From assembly GCA_963667415.1 (NCBI GenBank), contig OY763410.1, positions 656,657-720,656 of the forward strand: a stretch of 64,000 nucleotides of DNA, in the 5' to 3' direction. The notes below the pieces were generated by a model, which worked only from the letters and a program-made list of their open reading frames with translations, was not told the DNA's origin and made no database searches. Below, piece by piece: positions 50,638-61,328 of this stretch (its first letter is position 1; the number at the start of each line of letters is the position of its first letter). The translations under genes were made by a program, and so were the position numbers. The stretch comes from Dehalococcoidia bacterium (GTDB taxonomy: Bacteria > Chloroflexota > Dehalococcoidia > Lucifugimonadales > UBA3495).

Positions 50638-52079
50638 CGCATCACCCCCACGCGCACGTTGCGGAATCTGGCTGGGGACGCGCCGTGGCCCGTGTGCCCC
50701 AGTTGACCGGGCTGTCCCTTGCCGCAGTTGGGGGTGCCCCACATGGTCCAGTGGCTGTCGTTGCACACGGCGTCGCACGAGTTCCAGAACTCCGGTGTGA
50801 TGCCGGTGTACGTGCAGTTTCGCAGCAGGCGACCCAGCTTGCCCTTCTTGATCTCGTAGCCGACCTCGGTGCCGAACTGGAAGTTGTAGCGCCGGTCGTC
50901 GATGGACCAGGACCGGTTCGTGTCCACCAGGATGCCGTCATCCGTGTCTGCGATCAGGTCCTCCAGGCTCCAGTCTCCCGGCTCCAGCGAAACGTTCGTC
51001 ATGCGAATCAGTGGCAGCCGGTTCCACGACGACGCCCGCATCGTGCCGTTGGACGGCATCCCCAGCGTCGCCGCTGTCTCCCGCGACATCAGGTACCCGA
51101 CGAACCGTCCCGCCTCCACCACGGGCGTGGACTGCGCCGGAACGCCCTCGTCATCCCAGCCGAAGGACCCCAGCCCAGGCAGCCGGACGCTGTCGGCTGT
51201 GATGTTCACCTGCTCCGACCCGTAGCTGAAGTTGCGCAGCTTCTCGGTGGTCAGAAACGACGTTCCCGCGTACGCTGCCTCCGATCCAAGCACCCGGTCC
51301 AGCTCGATGGCGTGCCCGCACGACTCGTGTATCTGCAGACCCACCTGCGAGCCGCCGATGATGAGCGTCGTCGTGATGTCCGACGGACACCGGTCTGCCG
51401 TCAGCAGCTCCACCGCCTCGTTCGCCACCCGTTCCGCGTTGCCGACGATGTCGAAGTCGCGCACGAACTCCCACCCGCTGCATCCCTGCTGCCGCCCCAT
51501 CGAGTTCGGGTAGGAACGCCGCTGCACCTCGCCGTTGCCCACCGCCGTCGCCTGTATGCCGCCCCCGGCCTCGAAGATGGTCTGCTCCACGTCCGCCCCT
51601 TCGCTGTTGGCGAAGGACTTCCGCTCGCGTATGAAGATGAGGTTCCCCGTGCGCGCCGATATGTCGCCAACCCGCCCCATACGCTCGTCCGCCTCCAGCA
51701 GCAGCGCCACTTTCTCCTCCGGCGAAACGCCGAACGGGTCCATCTCAACGGGCGTCGTATACGTGCCCCGGCTGATCACCGGAGGCCCCAACTCCACTTT
51801 CGGCCCGCCCGACGTCGCCGACGCCTTGGCGATCTCCACCGCCAGCGCCGTGGCCTGGTCGACTGCCTCCGCCGTCATCGTGCTGGTCGAGGCGAAACCC
51901 CACGCACCGTCCACCACCACCCGCACCCCGATGCCCATCGACTCGTCGGTGCTGATGACATCCACCACGCCCGTCCGAACCGAGTACCGTTCCTGCGCTG
52001 TATCCACCATCCGCGCATCCGCATACGACGCTCCCCGCGCCGCTGCCGTATCCAGCGCGCGGGCAATCAGACTGTCCAT
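50634..52079 (-). CDS. tldD: TldD-family metalloprotease
   Basis: 481 aa with YADARMV, GIGVRVVVDGAWGFAST and the HESCGHAIELD metal-binding motif. Confidence 0.9.
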   Translation of the reverse strand: MDSLIARALDTAAARGASYADARMVDTAQERYSVRTGVVDVISTDESMGIGVRVVVDGAWGFASTSTMTAEAVDQATALAVEIAKASATSGGPKVELGPPVISRGTYTTPVEMDPFGVSPEEKVALLLEADERMGRVGDISARTGNLIFIRERKSFANSEGADVEQTIFEAGGGIQATAVGNGEVQRRSYPNSMGRQQGCSGWEFVRDFDIVGNAERVANEAVELLTADRCPSDITTTLIIGGSQVGLQIHESCGHAIELDRVLGSEAAYAGTSFLTTEKLRNFSYGSEQVNITADSVRLPGLGSFGWDDEGVPAQSTPVVEAGRFVGYLMSRETAATLGMPSNGTMRASSWNRLPLIRMTNVSLEPGDWSLEDLIADTDDGILVDTNRSWSIDDRRYNFQFGTEVGYEIKKGKLGRLLRNCTYTGITPEFWNSCDAVCNDSHWTMWGTPNCGKGQPGQLGHTGHGASPARFRNVRVGVMR

Positions 52080-52204
52080 AACGCTAGTCTCCCCGATGTA
52101 GTCTGTCGCGATTCTGGGTTATTGTAAGCGGAGGCGCAAGGCCGCCCCTCTCCTTGCGACCGCCAAGCTGCAAGGGTATGCTCTGTTGCAAGAGAGGTTT
52201 ACTG

Positions 52205-52489
52205 ATGGCCATCAAAATTAGCGAGGAACTACTGAAGCGCGTCCAGTGGAAGGTGGATGCAGGCATATACTCGTCCCCCGACGAAGTGATCGAGCATGCA
52301 TTGGAACTTCTCGACGAATACGACGTCGAAATTGCTAGAATGCGGGACCTCGTACAGGAAGGTTTGGACGATATAAAGGCGGGGCGCTATACCACGTACA
52401 CCGAGGAAACTTTGGATAGCCTTGTAGAAGACGTTAAGCGCCGGGCCTTGAAAAGGTTGGAATCGCGAAAAGAGACTCGCATCAGCTGA
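52205..52489 (+). CDS. parD: ParD-family antitoxin
   Basis: 94 aa from ATG 52205 with VDAGIYSSPDEVIEHALELLDE, typical of ParD (COG3609-like). Its stop overlaps the toxin ATG (TGATG). Confidence 0.75.
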   Translation: MAIKISEELLKRVQWKVDAGIYSSPDEVIEHALELLDEYDVEIARMRDLVQEGLDDIKAGRYTTYTEETLDSLVEDVKRRALKRLESRKETRIS

Positions 52490-52788
52490 TGCCTGAATAT
52501 CGCCTTACTGAAAGGTCGGAACTGGAAATGGAAGGCATATGGGCGTACCTGTATCTGAATGCCAGTGAGCAGATTGCTGACGAGCAGGTATCTCGGATAA
52601 AGGACAGTTTCCGCCTCTTGGTGCGGAATCCCGAAATGGGGTCATCTCGCGCAAACTATGAGCCCGGTATTCGGAGGCACAACGTTGCACGTACCCCCTT
52701 TTTCGTGCTGTATCGCTTGATCGATGATGGCATCGAAATAGTGCGTGTAATTCACGGCAGTAGAAATCTTTCCAGAGTTCTCGAATAG
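52489..52788 (+). CDS. parE: ParE-family toxin (RelE/ParE superfamily)
   Basis: 99 aa with ...MEGIWAYL...NPEMGSSRANYEPGIRRHNVARTPFFVLYRLIDDGIEIVRVIHGSRN. Confidence 0.8.
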   Translation: MPEYRLTERSELEMEGIWAYLYLNASEQIADEQVSRIKDSFRLLVRNPEMGSSRANYEPGIRRHNVARTPFFVLYRLIDDGIEIVRVIHGSRNLSRVLE

Positions 52789-52800
52789 AGATCTATAACC

Positions 52801-54228
52801 TCACTCCAGCGGCGGCCTCCGCCGGTGCCAGCCCGTCACCTGTTGGTAGGCGTGGGCCACCCGGAACAGCAATCCCTCCGCCATCGGCTTCCCCACAATC
52901 TGCAGCGACAACGGCAGATTGTCCGCCGTGAACCCGCACGGTATCGACAGCGCCGGCACCCCCGCTACGTTGAACGCCCCCGTGAAGTTACGCACTCCCG
53001 CTATCCTGCTCCGTGCATCCTCCTGGCTCGTGATGCCCGCCGCCTCCGGCAGCAGCGGCGCACCCGTCGGCGACGTCGGCAGCACGATGACGTCCACCTC
53101 CTCCAGAGCATCCAGCACCGCCTGGCGTATCAGCGTCCGCACCTTCTGCGACTTGTAGTACGCCTGTGCCGGCGTCAGTATCGCGGTCAACAGCCGCACC
53201 CGCGTGTTGTGGTCGTACTCTCCCGCCCGCGTCTGAAGACGCTCGTAGTGCACCGATGCGCCGTCCATGTCGGTGATGCACTTCGACACCGCCCCGGCGT
53301 TCTCCACGATGGGTATGGAAACTTCCCGCGTCGTCGCTCCCAGCTCGCCCAGCTGCGCCACTGCCGACTCTATGACCTGCTGCACCTCCGGCGCCAGTCC
53401 TCCCTCGGCCACCTTCTCCCGCAACACGCCAACCCGCAGCCCGTCGACGCCACCCTGTATCTCCTGTGCGTAGTCCGGCGCTGGCGCGTTCCACGAGTAC
53501 GGGTCCTCCGGGTCGTGGCCCACGATGGCCTGGAAGGTGAGTGCACAGTCCTCCGCCGACCGCGAGATTGGGCCCACCGTGTCCATCGACCACGACACTC
53601 CGGCCACACCGCGTCGGCTGACCAGCCCCCACGTCGGCCGCAGGCCCGTCAGTCCGCTCCACGCCGCCGGTATCCGCGTCGATCCGCCCGTGTCCTCCGC
53701 CAGTGCTGTGGCGCACAGGAACGCCGCCGTCGCTGCCGCCGAGCCGCTGCTCGATATTCCGGGGTTCCTCGACAGGTCCCACGGATTGCGCGGCTGCCCG
53801 CCCGGGTGGTGAAAGCTCTCGCCCAGCGCAAACTCCGACAGGTTCAGCTTCCCCAGCAGCACGGCCCCTGCTTCCTTCAGCTTCGCCACCACCACGGCGT
53901 CCTGGTCCGGCACGTGGTCCCACTCCAGTGCCGACCCGTAGGTCGTGCGAATCCCTGCCGTATCGAACTGGTCCTTCACCGCCACGGGCACACCGTGCAG
54001 CGGCCCCCGGTACTGCCCCGAAGCGATGGCCTGCTCCGCCTCCCGCGCCGCCTGCCTGGCCTCATCTGCGCACACGGTGATGTACGAGTTCACCCGCCCG
54101 TCGATTCGGTCGATGCGCTCCAGGTACGCCTCGGTGGCCTCCACCGGTGACACTTCGCCGTTCCGTATCAGCCGTCCCAGTTCCGCCGCGCTGAGAAAGG
54201 GTATGTCGCTTCTCTGGATGTCCGCCAT
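52801..54228 (-). CDS. amidase (amidase-signature family, GatA-like)
   Basis: 475 aa with LHGVPVAVKDQF and the GISSSGSAAATAA signature. Confidence 0.9.
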   Translation of the reverse strand: MADIQRSDIPFLSAAELGRLIRNGEVSPVEATEAYLERIDRIDGRVNSYITVCADEARQAAREAEQAIASGQYRGPLHGVPVAVKDQFDTAGIRTTYGSALEWDHVPDQDAVVVAKLKEAGAVLLGKLNLSEFALGESFHHPGGQPRNPWDLSRNPGISSSGSAAATAAFLCATALAEDTGGSTRIPAAWSGLTGLRPTWGLVSRRGVAGVSWSMDTVGPISRSAEDCALTFQAIVGHDPEDPYSWNAPAPDYAQEIQGGVDGLRVGVLREKVAEGGLAPEVQQVIESAVAQLGELGATTREVSIPIVENAGAVSKCITDMDGASVHYERLQTRAGEYDHNTRVRLLTAILTPAQAYYKSQKVRTLIRQAVLDALEEVDVIVLPTSPTGAPLLPEAAGITSQEDARSRIAGVRNFTGAFNVAGVPALSIPCGFTADNLPLSLQIVGKPMAEGLLFRVAHAYQQVTGWHRRRPPLE

Positions 54229-54318
54229 CAGGGCCGCTCCGTCAGTTTGAATTCACGAAAGAGGCGCTGGGATGTGTCCCAGCGCCTCGCATTGTAACTG
54301 CTGCTGTGCCGTTTAGCC

Positions 54319-54780
54319 CTAGTCCGCCGGCGACGCTTCCAGTTCGTAGGGGTCGAGAACCGCGCCCGTATCCCGCATGAACTGCCGCGCATCCTCGTCG
54401 AAGAGGTTCTGGAAGAAGATTTCGATCCGGTTGCCGCTGGGGTCGAAGCAGTAGAAGCTCTTGGTCAGCCCGTGGTCAGCGGTGAAGTCGATGGGATACC
54501 CGGCATCCTTCACCCGCCCGTAAATCTCCTGCAACTCCGGCTCGCCGCCCTCCAGCGCCAGCGCCGTATGCGAAAGCCCGGGGCTCCCCGTTTCCACGCC
54601 CTCGGGAGCCTTGATAAGCGCGATGTCATGGTCCGACTCGCCAAAGGACAGAAACGCCATGTCCATTCCTTGGTCGTGGTTCATTAGCTCCATGCCCAGC
54701 GCGTTGGTGTACCAGTCGATGGCCTCGACGGTGTCCTTCACGTTCAACACCACGTGGCCCACTCTCGCAATCCTAGCCAT
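54319..54780 (-). CDS. VOC-family (glyoxalase / extradiol dioxygenase-like) protein
   Basis: ATG 54780 follows GAGGAGGGAAG. The sequence has MARIARVGHVVLNVKD...LSHTALALE...FYCFDPSGNRIEIF. The tracked N-terminal extension was rejected. Confidence 0.8.
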   Translation of the reverse strand: MARIARVGHVVLNVKDTVEAIDWYTNALGMELMNHDQGMDMAFLSFGESDHDIALIKAPEGVETGSPGLSHTALALEGGEPELQEIYGRVKDAGYPIDFTADHGLTKSFYCFDPSGNRIEIFFQNLFDEDARQFMRDTGAVLDPYELEASPAD

Positions 54781-54901
54781 GGCTTCCCTCCTCGAAGAGC
54801 GTTTGCGCCAGCATACAGACCACCCGCGCCCCGTGCAAGTCAGCTTGCGTCGATGCAGTGTGCTACCATTGGTCACAATCTGACAGCGGACAAAGTCCCG
54901 T

Positions 54902-55630
54902 ATGACATCGAGACTTACCGACGCCCACCCAGTCGTCCTTCGTTACAGGAACGTTCTTCCTGAGGGATACCTGTGTCCCGACCCCGAGTACCGAGTCGAT
55001 AGTTTGTATCAGAGTCCCGCCATAAGCGAATCGGAAGTGATTCTGCGCGATCACTTCTCCACACGGTCTGATGTGTTTGTCGATGCCGGTGGCTTCGTCT
55101 TCTACGACACCAGCGACCTCAACCGCCGGGTCAGACCCGACCTGCACATTGCTTTTGGCGTGGATTCCGAGGCCATTTATGGACGCAATGGATTCGTCAT
55201 AGAGGAAGTGGGCAAGCCGCCCGACTTCGTGCTTGAGGTGGGTTCTCCCAGTACCCATCGAGTGGACACCGAAACAAAGCCGGGGCTCTACTCCCGCATC
55301 GGCGTGGGTGAATACTGGCGATTCGACCCACTGGGCGGCGAAAACTACGGGTACGCTCTCGCCGGAGACCTACTGGTCGAAGGGACGTACCAGCCCATCC
55401 CTGTCAATTCCGAGCCGGACGGCATGACTTGGGGTTACAGTCCCATTCTGGACCTCAACCTCTGTGCACGAGGAGACAGGCTGCTGTTCCACGATCCGAA
55501 GACCGGCCTTTACCTGATGAATCTGCCGGAAGCGAAAGCCGCGCTTTCAGAGCAGACTGCCGCCCTTCAATCCGCCAACGCCGAGGCGGACAGGCTCCGC
55601 GAAGAGCTTCGACGCCTGCGGGGCGAATAG
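54902..55630 (+). CDS. Uma2-family (DUF820) putative endonuclease with C-terminal coiled coil
   Basis: 242 aa with PDLHIAFG...PPDFVLEVGSPST...K...Y..IGVGEYWRFDP, typical of Uma2. The tail is AALQSANAEADRLREELRRLRGE. Confidence 0.75.
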   Translation: MTSRLTDAHPVVLRYRNVLPEGYLCPDPEYRVDSLYQSPAISESEVILRDHFSTRSDVFVDAGGFVFYDTSDLNRRVRPDLHIAFGVDSEAIYGRNGFVIEEVGKPPDFVLEVGSPSTHRVDTETKPGLYSRIGVGEYWRFDPLGGENYGYALAGDLLVEGTYQPIPVNSEPDGMTWGYSPILDLNLCARGDRLLFHDPKTGLYLMNLPEAKAALSEQTAALQSANAEADRLREELRRLRGE

Positions 55631-55642
55631 CGTCCCGCTCCC

Positions 55643-57223
<1,581 letters not shown>

Positions 57224-57253
57224 TACGCCTCTCACAAACCTGAACGTCGGCGC

Positions 57254-58678
57254 TTACCCGAACCGCACGTACTCGAAATCCCACTGCTTACCGTCGATGC
57301 CCCGCACCGGCGGTGCAATCCACCCCGCTATCCTCCCAGGCTCAATCACCCGGCGCATCAGCGAGTCCACGTACGCCATATCCTCCGCCGTCGGAAGCCA
57401 CCGCCCCTCGTTGGTCTGCCACTCCTCCTCGCTCACCACCCGCCCGTCTGGCGACACATGCACCCCCGCCGCGTTGCCGATGCGCCGGTTGAAGAACCGG
57501 TGCGGCAGTTCGAGGCGGAAGTCCACCCCCAGCGACTCCAGCGCCCGGTTCCACCGGTCCAGTCCTCGCTGGCAGTCCTTGATGTAGTCGTCCCTCAGCC
57601 GCTCGTTCACCGCCGCCAGCGCCGATATCTCCTCCACGCCGATGCTGCCGTCTCGCACCGTGTGAACCGGCCAAAGGCCCTCCGTCAGGCGGTGGTCGTC
57701 GTCAAGCCGCGACTCCAGGTAGCGTCCCTTCAGTCCGGCGGTGAAGTAGTTGGCCGCGTTGGTCGACACCTCCTGCCCGAACAGGTCCACCGACACGCTG
57801 TAGTGGAAGTTGATGTACTTCTGTATTGTGGGCAGGTCGATGACCCCGGCCGCCCGCAGCCGCTCCGAATCGTCCGTGCCCAGTTCGTTCATCACCTCGC
57901 CCGTCCGCTGCACCACCCGCATCACGCCCGTCTCCCCGACGAACATGTGGTGCGCTTCCTCCGTGAGCATGAACCGGCAGGTGCGCGACAGCGGGTCAAA
58001 ACCCGACTCCGCCAGCGCGGCCAGTTGGTACTTGCCGTCCCTGTCCGTGAAGAAGGTGAACATCAGGTACGACAGCCAGTTCGGCGTCGCCTCGTTGAAC
58101 GCACCCAGTATGCGCGGCCGGTCGGCGTCCCCCGAGTGCCGCTCCAGCATCGCCTCGGCTTCCTCGCGCCCGTCCCGCCCGAAGTAGGCGTGCAGCAGGT
58201 ACACCATTGCCCACAGGTGCCGCCCTTCCTCCACATTGATCTGGAACAGGTTGCGCAGGTCGTACAGCGACGGGCAGGTCAGCCCCAGCCGACGCTGCTG
58301 CTCCACCGACGCCGGCTCCGTGTCGCCCTGTGTCACGATCAGCCGTCGCAGCGGCGCACGGTACTCCCCCGGCACCTCCTGCCACACCGGATCGCCGAGG
58401 TGGTCCCCGAACGATATCGTGCGTTCTGCCTCGGGCTTGGCGAGAAATATGCCCCAGCGATACTCCGGCATCTTCACGAACCCGAAGTTGGCCCACCCGT
58501 CCGTCTCCACGCTGATGGCCGTGCGGAGGTACACATCGAAGTCCGTGGAGCCGTCCGGCCCCATCTCGTGCCACCACTTCATATAGTTCGGCTGCCACGA
58601 CTCCAGCGCCCGCTGCAGCCGCCGGTTGTCCGACAACCCTACATTGTTAGGTATCCTGTCCGTATAGTTGATGCTCAT
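57254..58678 (-). CDS. boxB: benzoyl-CoA 2,3-epoxidase (oxygenase) subunit B
   Basis: 474 aa. MSINYTDRIPNNVGLSDN..LQRALESWQPNY..WW..MGP and the diiron segment VEEGRHLWAMVYLL match BoxB as I recall it. Confidence 0.88.
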   Translation of the reverse strand: MSINYTDRIPNNVGLSDNRRLQRALESWQPNYMKWWHEMGPDGSTDFDVYLRTAISVETDGWANFGFVKMPEYRWGIFLAKPEAERTISFGDHLGDPVWQEVPGEYRAPLRRLIVTQGDTEPASVEQQRRLGLTCPSLYDLRNLFQINVEEGRHLWAMVYLLHAYFGRDGREEAEAMLERHSGDADRPRILGAFNEATPNWLSYLMFTFFTDRDGKYQLAALAESGFDPLSRTCRFMLTEEAHHMFVGETGVMRVVQRTGEVMNELGTDDSERLRAAGVIDLPTIQKYINFHYSVSVDLFGQEVSTNAANYFTAGLKGRYLESRLDDDHRLTEGLWPVHTVRDGSIGVEEISALAAVNERLRDDYIKDCQRGLDRWNRALESLGVDFRLELPHRFFNRRIGNAAGVHVSPDGRVVSEEEWQTNEGRWLPTAEDMAYVDSLMRRVIEPGRIAGWIAPPVRGIDGKQWDFEYVRFG

Positions 58679-58724
58679 GGCAAATGCCCCTTGGTGGAGG
58701 TCCGACCCCCGGCCGGCGAACCCG

Positions 58725-59075
58725 TCAGATATACAACAACTGATTTCGCATCTCGTCTGCGGTAATCCGGTTCAACAATGGGACCAGGCGTCGTGCAACT
58801 TGATATGGCCGCCTGCGGACCGCAATGATGATTCCAGAGAGATCGCGTCCTGCTGACAGGAATTGGAGATGCAGTTCCTAGAAATCTTCGCGGTTGTGCG
58901 TTACCACGCAAAAGCTTCGCTCCACGGCATAAGCAAGCTGCTCTGAGTCGGGCTTGCTTAAATTACCGGCGTCTCTGTCCGTTTCTGCCCTGAATCCCCA
59001 TGCGGCGACCAGTTCTCCTATAACAACGGCCACATCCTCGTCTAGGTAGACGCTCGTGAACAGTTCGCTGTTCAG
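58725..59075 (-). pseudogene. DUF5615-like (PIN-like/Mut7-C) toxin remnant with in-frame TAG (58880..58878) and no canonical start
   Basis: The minus frame reads ..LFTSVYLDEDVAVVIGELVAAWGFRAETDRDAGNLSKPDSEQLAYAVERSFCVVTHNREDF-TAG-ELHLQFLSAGRDLSGIIIAVRRRPYQVARRLV...LYI-TGA. I checked the frame by codon counting. The partner DUF433 gene lies directly upstream. Confidence 0.6.
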
Positions 59076-59368
59076 AGATGCCTCACGATTGGGTGGATGA
59101 GTTCATCTGGCACCCTGTTTCTTTCGATGTGGTCCATGATCTCTTCCGAGTGATCGCAAAAGTAACTGAGGGCGTCAAACACGGCGGCCAGGCTCAGGTG
59201 GGGCAGTCCGCTTGGAATCTCCTCCGGAGCATACCCCAGGCGCCACAGTTCCACGATCGCCCGCACCGGAGTGCGCGTGCCCTTGATGATGGGCTCCTCG
59301 CTCAGTATGCCTTCCTTCCGGACGATGTAGCAGTGCTCCGTGGGAGTCACTTTCGGCTCTTCCGCCAT
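59072..59368 (-). CDS. DUF433-domain protein (antitoxin-like)
   Basis: 98 aa with PIIKGTRTPVRAIVELWRLGYAPEEI...LSLAAVFDALSYF, typical of DUF433. Confidence 0.8.
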   Translation of the reverse strand: MAEEPKVTPTEHCYIVRKEGILSEEPIIKGTRTPVRAIVELWRLGYAPEEIPSGLPHLSLAAVFDALSYFCDHSEEIMDHIERNRVPDELIHPIVRHL

Positions 59369-59461
59369 TATTCATCCTTACCAGGTTGTCGTCTGATACC
59401 CGAAGCCACCGTCACGGTCGGCCCTTCCGAACCGTCTGGTCTCAGCGCCTACGCCCGCCTC

Positions 59462-61162
59462 CTACGCCCGCCGCCGGTCGAACTCCGCCCGCGCCCCGGT
59501 GCCGTACGCCTGCAGCGCGCCCTGGCTCCCCGACGCGTTGGGCCGCTGGAAAATCCAGTTCTGCCACGCGCTCAGCCGCCCGAATATCTTGCTCTCCAGC
59601 GTCTCCGGCCCGCCGAAGCGCAGGTTCGCCTCCATCCCCGTCAGCGCGTCCGGCGAAAAGCTCGCCCGCTCCTCCAGCGCCAGCCGCACCTCATCCTCCC
59701 AGTCGATATCGTCGGGAATGAACGTCACTAGCCCCAGCTCCAGCGCCGCCTCGGCGTCCAGGTCGCGGCCCACGTGTTCCGCCAGTTCGTCCACGTACAG
59801 GAAGCGCCCCTCCACCCGTGTCAGCCCGTTGACCATCGGCAGCGGCCCGAAGTTCATTCCAGTCAGCCGCACCGTCGGCGGCTCCTCATCGTCCTCCAGC
59901 ACGCCGTCCAGCATATAGCACCGGTCTGCCGCCAGCGCCAGCTCCAGCAGCGTCCCCGCGAAGCAGCTCCCCGGCTCCACCAGCGCCACCAGCGAACGCG
60001 AGCTCACGTCCAGCCGTTTCAGCGTCCGCTTCAGGTACAGCGTCACCTCCCGCGCCAGCCAGTGCTCGGCGTTTGCCAGCAGCAGGTCGTCGTACGCCTG
60101 CACCACCTCGGCGTCCCCCGAGGTGCGGAACACCCACGTCCCGACTTCGCCCTCGTTGGTGCGCAGGTGCAGAATCGCGTCGTCCAGCTCCCGCGCCAGC
60201 GCCAGCGGCCAGAACCGGTCTCCCTCCGCGTGCATGCCCTCGGCGTCTTGTGGCGGCGGACCGTCCGGCCCCCGCACATCGAAGTACGCCGCGCCAAGCT
60301 GCCGGTCAATCTCCACCCTTACGTACTCGTACGACACTCCGCCGTCCGTGAACTCCCGGGCCAGCGGCCCCAGCGCGATGCCTTCCCCCGCCTCCGGACG
60401 CACTCCCTCCGAGGCCATCGCCGCCGCCCGTTCCGCCACCACCTCGTCGAACCGCGAGCGAGGCGCAACCTCGTCCACCAGCTTCCACTCCACTGCCCGC
60501 GGACCACGCACCCCCTCCGACGCCGTGCAGAGGAAGTCCGCGTGGTCCCGCCGTACCCGGCGCTTGTCCACCAGCCGCGTCAGCCCACCAGTGCCCGGCA
60601 GCACCGCCAAAAGCGGCAGCTCCGGCAGGGCAACCGTGCTCGAACCGTCGTCGATCAGGATAATGTGGTCGCAGGCCAGAGCCAGCTCATAACCGCCACC
60701 CGCCGCAGGACCGTTCACCGCGCAGATGTAACGCTGGCCCGAGTGCTCGCTGGCGTCTTCGATGCCGTTGCGGGTCTCGTTCGTGAACTTGCAGAAGTTC
60801 ACCTTGAGCGCGTGGTCAGCCTGCGCCAGCATCCGGATGTTCGCCCCCGCGCAGAACACCCTGTCGTGCCCCGAGGTCACCACCACCGCGCCGACTTCCG
60901 GGTGCTCGAACCGCAGCCGCTGCACCGCGTCATACAGCTCGATATCCACGCCCAGGTCATACGAGTTCAGCTTCAGCTCGTAGCCCGCACCGCCCTCGGT
61001 AAAGCGATGGAGAGGCGCGTCCTCCTGCACCAGCATCGTCAGCCGCGCCACTGCGCCATCCACCTCGAGCCGCCAGTGCCGGTACTGCCCCGGCGACGTC
61101 GCGAAATCGATTCGCCCGCCGTCCGCTTTTTCTTGCTTCAGGGTAGTCTTCGCCGAAGCCAT
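59462..61162 (-). CDS. boxC: 2,3-epoxybenzoyl-CoA dihydrolase (benzoyl-CoA-dihydrodiol lyase)
   Basis: 566 aa from ATG 61162 with ..PGQYRHWRLEVDG.., a crotonase-like core (FCAGANI, VNGPAAGGGYELALACD) and a long C-terminal domain. The tracked N-terminal extension was rejected. Confidence 0.85.
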   Translation of the reverse strand: MASAKTTLKQEKADGGRIDFATSPGQYRHWRLEVDGAVARLTMLVQEDAPLHRFTEGGAGYELKLNSYDLGVDIELYDAVQRLRFEHPEVGAVVVTSGHDRVFCAGANIRMLAQADHALKVNFCKFTNETRNGIEDASEHSGQRYICAVNGPAAGGGYELALACDHIILIDDGSSTVALPELPLLAVLPGTGGLTRLVDKRRVRRDHADFLCTASEGVRGPRAVEWKLVDEVAPRSRFDEVVAERAAAMASEGVRPEAGEGIALGPLAREFTDGGVSYEYVRVEIDRQLGAAYFDVRGPDGPPPQDAEGMHAEGDRFWPLALARELDDAILHLRTNEGEVGTWVFRTSGDAEVVQAYDDLLLANAEHWLAREVTLYLKRTLKRLDVSSRSLVALVEPGSCFAGTLLELALAADRCYMLDGVLEDDEEPPTVRLTGMNFGPLPMVNGLTRVEGRFLYVDELAEHVGRDLDAEAALELGLVTFIPDDIDWEDEVRLALEERASFSPDALTGMEANLRFGGPETLESKIFGRLSAWQNWIFQRPNASGSQGALQAYGTGARAEFDRRRA

Positions 61163-61183
61163 TGCAATCCCGCCGCCCACGCA

Positions 61184-61211
61184 ATTCTTACTATCCGTGA
61201 TTCTTACTATC
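61184..61211. repeat. 12-nt direct repeat ATTCTTACTATC x2 (period 16) in the boxC/LLM divergent control region
   Basis: Identical copies at 61184..61195 and 61200..61211, 22-50 nt upstream of the boxC start. Confidence 0.85.
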
Positions 61212-61252
61212 ATTGTAACAAACAGGACTCTCCCACAGATGGCCTGCGCCGG

Positions 61253-61282
61253 TTGACCCGCCTGCGGCCCGCTACGTAAACT
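61253..61282 (+). promoter_or_regulatory. candidate promoter TTGACC-N18-TAAACT for the LLM gene at 61329
   Basis: TTGACC at 61253..61258, an 18-nt spacer, TAAACT at 61277..61282. It lies about 45 nt upstream of the ATG. Confidence 0.4.
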
Positions 61283-61328
61283 CTCCCAACTCCAATCCCC
61301 GGTATCTCCCTCCCCCACAGGAGTCACG

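Noticed and set aside
50322-52127. 601-aa plus-strand ORF opposite pmbA/tldD
   Set aside because: Its Arg/Pro/His-rich translation is a shadow. The minus-strand genes carry the TldD/PmbA motifs, including HESCGH.
59774-61279. 501-aa plus-strand ORF opposite boxC
   Set aside because: It is a shadow ORF. The minus strand encodes a crotonase-fold BoxC with clear motifs.
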